This document shows positions 35,048 to 46,340 of a stretch of DNA of 64,000 nucleotides, piece by piece. A program made the translations under genes and the position numbers. The notes under the pieces were generated by a model. It had not been told where the DNA came from and did no database searches. It was given only the letters and a program-made list of their open reading frames with translations. The stretch comes from Laetmonice hystrix (lineage: Eukaryota), in contig OZ249444.1 of the NCBI GenBank assembly GCA_965235115.1, positions 15,190,001 through 15,254,000 on the forward strand, read 5' to 3'. Each line of letters starts with the position of its first letter. Position 1 is the stretch's first letter.

Positions 35048-37637
35048 AGATATGTGTCATGTGCCATCGACGGATTTAGCGATGCGCCATCTACCGATGG
35101 TTGCGCAAACAATGGATCCATTGATAGCGCATGCGCGATCCGTCGATTGCGTAAATCCGTCGATGATGCATGACATTTATATTAATATATCTGTAGGCTT
35201 CTACGCTATGTGAAATACATGTAGGCTAAACAGATCCAAGCAGATGCATGACGTGACAACAGGCCGTTGTTTTTTTTATAACTTAGAACTTAAAAAGTTG
35301 TGGGAAACAGCACAATCCTCCACGAATCGGCTTATAAATAGGCAGGCGAAACTTATATCCTCCGGGATATTCGATCGAAATGCATAGAGAAATGGGTTAT
35401 TGTCTATATTCTGTTGAGTTTTTACTGTCCTCTAGTCCCATTATCCAAGGAAGTAAATAAAATTAACCGAAATATAACATGATCCTCACCACAGCTTATA
35501 AATTAAATGTAATTTTGAAATGGTAAAAAAGTTGCTGTATTTGTAGAAATATAACGGAGACAGAGATTTGCGAAGTACGGTCCTGAATGTATTAATTGTG
35601 TGACTTGTATCTTGCTATCTGTATGTGTAAATAATGTCAAAATAAACGTTTCTGTGGCCCAGCAATTAAACACGCATGTTGAAATCATGTTGGAGATTTC
35701 CGTAATTTTATTACAAGCTTTTGGGTGGTTATTCCCACAATGAAATTGAAGATTAGGGATCAGCTTTACGTTTAGGGCTAGTAATAGTAATATGTTTTTC
35801 CTTTATATGCCCAAATTTCGCGGAAATATTACTCGGGGAATTAATTAATTAATTATTTTTTTTTTAAATTTGGTTTATCTTCACTGGCAAATCTTCCTGG
35901 ACCTGCCAGCTTACAATCCCATGCTCATCAGGTCCCTTTAATGGAGGATAGAATAAAAGAGAAGACCAACGCAAACAGACACTTGAGCATTATGACGTCA
36001 ATAAATCTTGTTTTCTACATACGATTTCGTAACATAAGACAGAAGTTCACGAAGATTTCATGGGAAGCCCAACCTAATCTGTAAACCTAATCTGTAAACC
36101 TAATCTGTAAAGCCCAGCCACAATGCCAATCTTTTCCATACAAACTTAAAGTAATCAATGTCTTCAATAAGGGGCGGGCCATTTGATTCGGGGGGGGGGC
36201 GACTATGGTTTAAAAATATAATCTTCACCAAACAAAGGAAAAAATGTTGTTCATCAAACTACATAACAAATTGTTTGTTCCATAGGTAAACAAAGCATTA
36301 GTTGAAATGGGGGGGGGGGGGGGTTATTAATGGTCATAGCGAAAAAGAAAGATAACTTCGGCCTGGGGGCGAAAACAAAAATGTTTGCTCATAAAGACAA
36401 TCCATAGGTCCCCTGTTATCAAATGGTCCGCCCCTAAGGCGAAACGTAGTTTCCATCGCGTTCCACTCAATTGCTCTTGAATAGAATACATTTGATTTTT
36501 CTTTTTGATACTTTGGTTGTTTCACAGTACAAATAATTGCCGCTTGGTGTCGCAATCTCTCTGCTATCCGTCAGGTTGTCCTTGTCTTTCATTCTGAACA
36601 TGACATTAGGTGACATCATCTCGGAGCCATTAGTTGCGTTCTCCATCCATGCCAAGCCTTGGGACTCTAGACTTTGATTTTGTCTACAGCAAGTCAGGCT
36701 GTTGTTAGCGTACTCACAATCGGGAAGTGATGGCCTTTGGTAAATATAACCGTACACATCCGGTATACAGGCTGTTAAAAACTGGCTGTGAAAAAATGGT
36801 TGAAGAACATTTTTTGTTCAGACATTCCGGTAAATGTATGTTGTTTCCAAAACAGGTCTAGTCTCATCTCGTATAGTTGTCCTAAAATCTATTGTAACGG
36901 AAACATGCCGGCCAACTTATTTTTATTTTGTTTCTTAATATTAATATAAGAGGAAGAAGAGAAGTATAAAACACTTCGATCTTTAAATGTATGTCACACA
37001 AAAGTACCACATGCACATGTCCTCTTAATATTTCCTTTTTGTTCGTATATGACCGTTCATTAGTAAAGGGCTTACACAATTGAAACTGTCATGAGGGTAT
37101 GCAGCCTAGTCTTTATATGGACAAGCTGTGTGACAGGCCAAGTGTGCCCGAGGTGGCGAGAGGCAGGGCGGACGTATAGTTAACGTTTCTAATTCTGGAG
37201 ATAGGATCCAAAGTCAATTTCTTTTCCCCAATACTTCCCTACTGCCCCACTGCCCTACTCTACGTGTACATCCGGAATGGTTATAATATTATGGGTCTAG
37301 GATGGACGGAATATAGGACTCAAATCTTCAAGCTCTCCTGATTCAAGTTAAACACTCGGCCACGTTATACGATATAGACGCTACCCTCACGGGACTGCCA
37401 GGCCGAGCATCCAACTAGGTTTTAGGCCTTGAAAACCATATACCGCCTCCCCAACCCGACTCCATTCAACTGGCCACCACTTGCCGTGAATAGTGGAGTT
37501 CAAGGTAAAGTTGGATGGAGCTTAGTTGAGTCGGGTGGGCATGTGTATGACCGGCTTTACGTGACTGCCAGGCGGATAGTTTTAAACGTGAGCCGTGACT
37601 GCCAGGCTTGACTTCCTCACCATATTCACATGACATC

Positions 37638-40600
37638 ATGCCAAATGATTGGCTGTTATGGTGCACAGTTGGGATTGTCGTCACCATCACAGGTGAGCTT
37701 TTTTAAACACACAAAGGTTTGACTGGGCAGGTCATGATTTTATTTTATTATAAGCGCTGTTTCTGGCACAATTTTCAGAATACAAGATCCACGTTCCATA
37801 AGATTGACTGACTAGATCATGAGGTTTAGCTAGCTGTTGACAAACCGCGGGCAGGCCTACTCGTGCGAAGAAAACATACGCTGTGCATGCTTAGTAATAA
37901 TTGCCCCCGTAAGGTCAATCACGGTCAAAAAAATTTCAATGGTCGGTATCTCGCAGTTGAAGATCACGATATATTTAGTATATTAACGATGGTTACAATT
38001 ATACGTATAATAACTTCGTTTGGTTCTGGTTTTCATTTTCTCGAGTGACCTTGAAGGGTCAGTAAGGTCATGCCTCTTTTCGACGGCGCATATTTCCAAA
38101 ACTGTTTAAAGGGAAATGTGAGTGTTCGAATCCACCACTAGAATTTTCCAGATATTTTTATGGGGGATAGCCTTTGTCCTTAGGAGTACAAAGAAACAAA
38201 AAAAATCATATGTCACCAAATTAATTTTTTTTATACTGGCCTCCGTAAAAAATTGGTCTTTACTATAGGTTTCAATGAGAAAAGCAGGATTTTTCAGACA
38301 TTTTGACTAATAGTTAAAAAATGACCACCAATTTTCTCCTGAAACTCGGTGACAAGATAAAGTGGATCAAGACTAATAGTTTAAAACAAAAAAAATTGGG
38401 GGTCACCGAATCAACAAAAAAAAGTACAGCCTGCCAAACAGTCAGTGCCTTGGTAAAACACGGGTCTTAACTATAGCATTCAATGGAGTAGACAGGTTCT
38501 GGCACACAGTTTGGTTCAGTGTTTAAAAATTACTACTGATTTCCAGATCAACCTAGTTGACTGCATAAATAAGCCAAACAGTTTTCTTTTAAAGCTCACT
38601 ACGCGGCGCTTTGAATACTCACATTTTCCCCGTGGTACCAACGCGGCTCACTAGGTGGCGCTTTGAACACTCACATTTCCCTTTAAGATAATCATATAGG
38701 CCTACATGTCCATTTAAATACTGGCGATGTTAAGGATATATCTACATTTCTAGGAACAACAACAAGCAGGATTCTCTATGTTTTCGACTCCGGAAAGAAC
38801 ACCATCTACCAGCTCGAAAACCTGACGGAAGAAAAGAAGGTTTCTCGAGGGATCCTTCCTAAAGGGGTGGTCACCATTGCTCTGGACCCCACCAGGAGAC
38901 TTGTACACTACTATAACAGCAGGGCCTCTTTCATCGCCACGTGTCCCCTGGTCGATATCAAATCATGCTCATATATCCCTCTAGGAAAAGGTTGGTACTG
39001 AATTGGGCGGATCCGTAGTAAAAGCTTCACTGTATGCCAACCAAATTATCTCAAAAAGGCGCGATCAGTGATGGTGATTGCATATTCCCCTCGTGTAAGT
39101 GGTTTAACATGGGGTGCCGGTTCATCATCGGGTTATGTATGTTGATCATTCGAGAGGTCTAATGGGTCTAATTAAATGTTCTTCATCGCTTGTTGTAAAG
39201 TGTAGTTGCAACTTTTTCGCTTTGACCAGTTTTTGGCAATATGTAATCTGTTTATAGGCAATCGTCCAGCAAACCACATAGGCTCCCTTGTCGTGAATTC
39301 GACATTAAATCTTATATACTACACCGCCCGGAACGGCTTCATCGCCATTATAGACACCAAGCGGTCGGATCGCCCGTTTCTAAAGAAAATCTTCGCGGAC
39401 CAAATCCGAACCCCGACAGCAATAGCTCTCGCACCAACAGAGGGGTACGTACGTCGACAAGATGAACAATAGCCCTTCAGTGTGTGAAAGGAATAGCGTA
39501 GGTCGTGGGGGTTAAATTTCCACCATTTTTCACACATTTTCCGAACTTCAACTCCGTTACCACGTCCTATTTATCAGGTTTTCTTTGGATAATAATTGTT
39601 TGCCAGCTCTCTATAAGTCGGACCTCTCCTTACCGAAATCCAGGATGCTCCCCCAGTAGGTGGGTGTGGGTGTGGGTGGTGTGGGTGTGGGTGGTGTGGG
39701 TGTGGGTGGTGTGGGTGTGGGTGGTGTGGGTGTGGGTGGTGTGGGTGTGGGTGGTGTGGGTGTGGGTGGTGGGTGGTGTGGGTGTGGGTGGTGTGGGTGT
39801 GGGTGGTGTGGGTGTGGGTGGTGTGGGTGTGGGTGGTGTGGGTGTGGGTGGTGTGTGTGTGGGTGGTGTGTGTGTGGGTGGTGTGGGTGGTGTGTGTGTG
39901 GGTGGTGTGGGTGGTGTGGGTGTGTGTGTGGGTGTGGGTGGTGTGAGTGTGGGTGGTGTGGGTGTGGGTGGTGTGGGTGTGGGTGGTGTGGGTGTGGGTG
40001 GTGTGGGTGTGGGAACCAGTAGGGCGGGATTGATACGAACATTTTCCCGAATTTTATGTTAAATAAGAAATGTTGTAAGCTAAGAAGATAATTTTACTTG
40101 TTTAATAAACCTGACATGTACCTTTTTTTGGGTCGTTGGACTGGGCAAACAGGAATTTTATCTCAGCTTGTTGAGCTGAGAAGTTACCTTTTCTGGGGCG
40201 TTGTACGCTGTATACCCTTACTGAGATATTCAACTCGGAAGGTACCTTTACTGGAGTGTTGATTTGGCAGGTACCTTTACTGGAGTGTTGATTTGCCAGG
40301 TACTTTTACTGGGCCGACGCTGGTTCCATCAGCATTGGTCGAGCATACATGGATGGAAGCAATGCAGAAGTCCTTGTCAGAAATATTGTAGGACTCATTG
40401 GAGCGCTCACCTTTCAAGGTAGGATTCTTAATATTCCAATGACCTCTCTCTAAAGGAGTTGAAAATAATAGGAAAAGCATCTTATAATTTGTAAGTAATA
40501 TAATATATCTGTGTCTAATAAGCCACTACCGTATGCCTAAAATTACCCCGTAAAATTCATTCGCTGTAGTCCTATGAAATGTGAGTTCATTTCTCAGACG

Positions 40601-41780
40601 GTAGACTGTATTGGTGCAACGGTCAAGGGTCCAAGTGGTTCATACACCAGGCAGACACGGAGGGAAACAACATCGAGGAAGTATTCACGTCAAATGGAAC
40701 GAAGTGCCAAAGTTTGTTCGTCGACGGTGAATTCATTTACTGGGCAGCCGATGGCGCCATGTAAGTATTCATGGGTTATTTGTTTTAGGGAAGAAGTCAG
40801 AAGGCTTGGCTGCTTGTAGACAAAAAGGTTTGATATTTCACGAGGGCTCGGGAGTCCTCATAATCATGTATCCAATTTAAAAAGAAAAACCTTATGTAAT
40901 CAAATGTAATCATGGCCAACCCAGAGGGATCACTGTAGGCTTTTCCTTCTCCCCGAAGCCTTAATATTTGAAATAACAGTAGGTCACTAAGTCACATTGA
41001 TATCTTTGGACCCTGCCATTTTGAGGGGATAATCTATTCACCCAAAGTTTTTAATGTCGGCCTACACCCTCCAGATGTAGAATGGCATTTTACAGAATAG
41101 ACAATTTAGTGTTCAAACAAGACTTCTCCATGGCATCAACAGTTTCACCTGGCCTACTTGTACTTTAAACGTTTGCAGTTGTTACAAGCGCCTTGGTCGA
41201 TCCAATACTAACGGTCCACCTCAATGTTGGTCTAACCACATCAAAGCCAATCAAATCCTATTTGCAGCACCACGTGAAGGTAAGAAGAACTTTACTCCAT
41301 TACTAAACTGTCAGTAAACTGTTGTAGTTGTGGTCAACTTTTTAAGTTGATTTCTTCTTCCCAGTTTCCCGGTGCCACCAGTTGACAGTACCGACACCTA
41401 GAGGGGAGTCTTGTCTGTGTCGGGATGGCTTCTACCTGGAGAGTGACGGCTATTCCTGCAGTAAACGTGAGTATTACTAGAAGCTCTCTTTAGTCCAACT
41501 AACGCATGTCCTGTAATATTTACTAGATATTGTATGTCGGATGGAAGACATGTGCTTTGTGCCCTGGTAATGGGCTCGAGGCGCAGCCAAGGGTTTTTAA
41601 CGAGCGCAGCGAGCCACTAAGCGGCTCGCGAAGCGAGCTCTATACCCAAGGAATCGAGAAAGTTGAATTAACCGGACCCGAAAATCCATGGAAAATGAGA
41701 CACTCTGAAAGAGCCGGAAAAATCAGACCATCTGCTTGGCTTAAATTGCACTGCAATTCTTCCCTATCTCTCTCTCTCTT

Positions 41781-41824
<44 letters not shown>

Positions 41825-44800
41825 TCTCTCCCTCTCTCTCTCCCCTTAACTCTTATATTTGAATCTTTGACAGTGGAATTCCGTCGCTGTGTAATACTCT
41901 CTAGTGAGGATGGACTGTATCTACTGGACGTCGACAGAATGTTACACATCAGATTGCACATCGATGTAAACAAGTTACATCCGGGTATTGTGTACGACCC
42001 TAGCACTGACTCTCTAATCTGGGTCGATGTGTCCCAGAAAACTATCAAGATGGTGGCTGTCGAAGACCTCACCAGTACAGAAGCAATTTCAGGCAAAATT
42101 AAAACTCTATATTCCAGTTCAAAAGGTAGGTAGAATCTAAAGTTTAGAAAGGTATTTATTTATCGGTTTTAAGCAAAGAGTGAGGTCCTGGACGATCAAT
42201 ATCATAATAGGCTATGGGTGGGGTGGGGGGGGGGGGGAATCCCCTAAAGTCTCCTACTATCGTCACTGGTATGATTGTGTATGATCTTCCGTACAGAGGG
42301 AACCAAGTGGACTGGTCTTGCCCTGGACGTTCAGCGACGATCTCTTTATGTGCCTGACTACGCTCCAGCTCTCACGGAGATAGATTTAGCGTGTAAAACA
42401 CGTCAAACTCTCATCTCGGAGAAAGTCCGTAATGAGCCGGGGACTATCGTCCTTCAGCCTGACACAGAGTACGTATAGGCCTACAGGCGGGGATGTTCTG
42501 GTAGGTGGGCCCATGGGGCTCAGCCCCCCCCCCTCGCTAGATAATCAAGTTCTCATTGGGCATTGGGGGGGGGCCTCAGGCGGGCCCTAAAATGATCTCA
42601 TTCAATTTAAAATGCTTTTCGAACTCAGTTATAGTACTCACAAAGACCTTGCTGTGTGAACATGCTGTGTGCGGTCCCCCCATCTCAAAGATAACCAGAT
42701 TTAGAGCAGAAAGGAGCAGAAGTGTGTGTGTGTGTGGGGGGGGGGGGGCATCTCGAGAGACGTGTAAGGTATCTCAGTGTCAGCATGGCTTGCACATTCC
42801 CCTTCTCAGTTATCCCAGCTCAGACAGTGTCACGTGACGGTTCCAGGAAGATCTTATTGGCCGAGCACAGTAGCCTCTCCGGTACGACAATCACACGGGT
42901 CTCGATTGACGGCTCGGGGCGCCACCTGGCGAGAGATGCCGTCCCCAACCCCGCTGGTGACGGCTTGACCACCGACTCCGGTAATCATGTGGCACGTAGC
43001 GGCACAACACGTTACGAAAGGTTTCGGCATATAGTATAGCCTCTAAAATGTCGTAGCCTTTCGTACCATGTTGTGACAGGGATGAGGGATGTTTAAATAA
43101 AAAGGTCGAGGGGGGGGGGGGGACAAATAGCACTAGCTCACAACTTTGTATGTTATACAGAAACTGGCTTAAAATATTCGTTAGGGCTTACACAGGTTAG
43201 TTCTCTCATATATAATGGACCTTACGCATAACAACACATTGCTTACCACTTACGTGATCTTTTATTTCTAGATGGGAATATATACTGGACGGATCGGGAC
43301 GAGACCTTTCTTGACCTCTACAGGGTGGACAAGCTGGATCCAACCCTCACCAGACGGGACGTGTTGATCAGCAACAACGCCACTGCTTACAGGGCACTGG
43401 CTGTGGGCGGGGATCTGCTCTTCTATACTCTCGTTAACACACGGTTGGTACTACACATACGTCATGACGTGACGTCATATTACTATTACGTCATAACGTA
43501 GCGTCATGTTACGTCACGTTACGAATGGTAAGAAATATCAAACATTGGTGGGTGAAGCCGACTCTCGTCGTTTTGACGATAGGATGACATGTCATACAGA
43601 TGTGTTATAACAAAGATTATCCTCAAGTAAAAAGAGAAATGAACAGCTAAAATATTAAAGAATTTTTAAACCATAGCAGCAGAAAGGTGGAAAAAGAAAC
43701 ATGGGCGGGCCCGGGAGGGGAGAGGCAGCCAGGGCAAGACTTTTTTCTTGTAGAATTTTCTGATTTGACCAAGTGAACCCCCCTCTTTGCCAGATTTCGC
43801 CCCCTGTTTCTGATATTACACAGCTCAATACTGCATGACTGCTGCTCACTATTAATGCTGGGAGCTTGTCTTTTTTCAGAGGAGTTTTCCTATACAATAC
43901 ATCAGAAGGCGCCCACAATACATCAGAAGGGGCTGGCAACAAAATAAGCCTTCCATACAAAATCATCTTCCTCTATTATTTCGATCGAGGGAATGGATCA
44001 TTAGGTGAGTGATCATTAAAGGTGCAGTTGTTCTATTCTTCTGCCGTTCTGTCCTAACATTATTGTGTAGTCGCTTGCTAATGGAGTGTGACGTAGTCAA
44101 AACTTTGTCAACGGAGAGGAAGGAGCTGCAAAATGTTAGAGATCGAGGAACAAGGGGAAAAGACAATTCGCTTTTGCAATTTCTATGATCCCCTAAAAAA
44201 ATTAGGTACAAAAATATTTATACAAAGTGTGACTTCCTAAAATTTGTTTGTTACTCCTTAACACAGAAACAAACAGTTGACGACGACTAATTGCCAGTTC
44301 CATGTTTTCTCACAGCAGAGCCTTTGGATCCCCCGAACCACTACATTCGGTGTCATTTGACTTTAATACTCTGCCTGTCTGTCGGAGGCTTCGGTATCGT
44401 GTTAGTCCTTGCCATCGTCATGGTCGTAATCATTCTTAGAAAGAGGTAACACAAACATTGTGGATATTGCACGACGGCGCGAGGTCGAGACTGTGTAATG
44501 AGGTGATAATATACACCGAACGCATTATAAGACATAACACCGTCTGGACCTCGTGCCGTTATGCCATTATTCACTTTAGTACACCGCATATAGCGCAAAG
44601 TCGCAAGAGTGCATTATGATATAATAATAATAATAATATAACCCTAATGAGGAAATAGCCTAATGTAACATTTCGAGGCACCAGGGTGTCCTACAATAAC
44701 ATAATCAACAACTCAAAAACATGTCACCCCCAATCTGAGGTAATATCCCTGACCCCACGGAGGTTGTGCAAAAGTGGTGACAATGATGGAACCGTTCTAT

Positions 44801-45068
44801 TTTTAGGAACACTTCCAGGTCCGCCATGTTGCCTGACGGTTACAACGCGGTGACGTCATCCCCCGAACCTCCACCCCGGTCAGACCCGTGGCCGCCTAGC
44901 CTGGCGCCGACCAGACCCCACCGGGCAGGGCCGAGGCTGACCGAGGCCGGGCAGGCGTCGTCCGCTGAGCGGGTCAAAGGTCAACAGGACTGGAGAGATA
45001 AGCGGAACGTCATGCAGCTACGTCCGCTGCCTTCGTTCCCGAAACAACGCGCGACACCTCAGTCTTAA
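37638..45068 (+). CDS. Type-I membrane receptor 2, diverged paralogue of receptor 1, 736 aa; exons 37638-37692, 38754-38990, 39258-39444, 40300-40418, 40598-40760, 41179-41279, 41365-41466, 41874-42125, 42297-42468, 42847-42980, 43272-43443, 43880-44004, 44316-44445, 44807-45068
   Basis: Signal peptide MPNDWLLWCTVGIVVTITG; degenerate blades YYTA, YWAD, YWCN, YWAA, IWVD, YVPD, YWTD; short EGF; TM LILCLSVGGFGIVLVLAIVMVVIIL. Exon phases match receptor 1; total 2211 nt in frame. Confidence 0.82.
38110..38682. mobile_element. 573-bp TTAA-flanked MITE with AGGG termini (Kolobok-like)
   Basis: TTAA|AGGGAAATGTGAGTGTTCGAA ... TTGAACACTCACATTTCCCT|TTAA (20/21 TIR match); extra internal copy of the right subterminal block at about 38595-38632. 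Confidence 0.8.
39659..40013. repeat. G/T-only microsatellite, (GGTGTG)n/(GGT)n mosaic, in intron 3 of receptor 2
   Basis: About 355 bp almost exclusively G and T; source of ORFs 39505-40062, 39611-40042 and 39660-40022. Confidence 0.95.
40242..40312 (+). repeat. 29-bp tandem duplication spanning the exon-4 acceptor of receptor 2
   Basis: AG|GTACCTTTACTGGAGTGTTGATTTGGCAG|GTACCTTTACTGGAGTGTTGATTTGCCAG|GTACTTTTACTGG; only the last AG (exon start 40300) gives the in-frame GYFYWAD. Confidence 0.9.
41765..41846. repeat. (CT)n microsatellite
   Basis: Pure pyrimidine CT run just upstream of the exon at 41874. Confidence 0.95.
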
Positions 45069-45920
45069 CGGGATGATACATATGTTAATCCTGGCAAAGG
45101 ACTATAATAGATTTAACTACAGGCTTAGGCGTTTTAGACCCAGGACCATAGAAGTAAGGCAGGAGGTTGGATGACATTTAATTCTGCAGGATAGATAATA
45201 AATCTCTTTATTAGCCAATCACAAAATTCGAGATTTGAACTATGCGTTGTGCATAGGGGAAATTCGACTATTTACCGCTCATATATTCATGCACGTTGCC
45301 GCTTCACAAGCCTTTCCGCAAATCCTGGGAAAATGGCCGCTTCAAACATCCGAGGCCTGGTTCGCCTCCGGATATGACCTAGAAACAGCCAATCAGAAGC
45401 AGCGTCGGTGTTCCGAGTGGTCTTACGCCTGATGTGATGGCACTAAATTTAAACGATTTCTAATTGACTAATAATCTATAGCAAGATAGAGACTTATCTA
45501 TCGTGCAGAAACTACCGGCTCATTTCAGCGAATGGCAAAATAGTCCACGCAGAATCACTTCCTAATTCATAAATATGTATTAAAAAAGAGGAGAGAAAAG
45601 AAACGCAAGGTTCGTTTTCCTAGAATTAGAAAACTATAGCTGAAGATGATGTAGGGGCCTACTTAAACATAATTCTTTTATATTATATGAATGCCCACAA
45701 CTTGTCAAGTCAGTCATTGCAAATTGCCTTGCGTCCTTGTGCACAGGTCCTTGGCGATAACATTAAAAGCTGTATGTCCCATACTCTCCAAGGTCGCCGC
45801 TTGGCGGCCAAATGCTAGATACTCTCACTGGAAAGTGATTCAGTAGTCTTTAGGTTTCGCAATCCGAACATAGTTCCATCGTCACACAATGTACGAATAA
45901 ACGAGGTCTGGCTGTATATA

Positions 45921-46082
45921 CCTGGGGCCCGTCTCACTAAAGGCTGGTTAATAACCAGATCGTTAAGTTAACATAGGTTATTTCCTCATTCATAGGTTAC
46001 AGTAACCAGCAGCCTTCCATTCACTCCTATGTTAACTTAACGATCTGGTTATTAACCAGCCTTTAGTGAGACGGGCCCCAGG
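45921..46082. mobile_element. 162-bp MITE with perfect 57-bp inverted arms
   Basis: 45921-45977 is the exact reverse complement of 46026-46082; TA on both flanks. Confidence 0.9.
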
Positions 46083-46340
46083 TAGGCAAGAACACCGATC
46101 TCGAGTAAACCTATCTCCCTCCAAACCTATCGTAATTACAAACTCCTAGCGAACCCAGAAACTGTCCCAGCCAACCATCCTGGCTACCACAAGACGAGAG
46201 TATACTCTCAGATACGGCCGTCATTATAGATGAGGGACGGCCCATCCATTTCCCCATCACAAGGCGAGGTGGGCCAGGTGGGCGCTGTGCATCTGTGCCC
46301 TTCCCAGCCGGCCCCGCGCACGGCTCCTCCGGATATAGCC

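Noticed and set aside
36467-36757. 96-aa minus-strand ORF between the two receptor genes
   Set aside because: No recognisable motif, non-ATG start and no linked exons found; could be a decayed TE fragment.
39505-40062. Gly/Val-, His/Pro- and Cys/Gly-rich ORFs resembling structural or metal-binding proteins
   Set aside because: All three are frames of a G/T microsatellite inside an intron with good splice sites on both sides.
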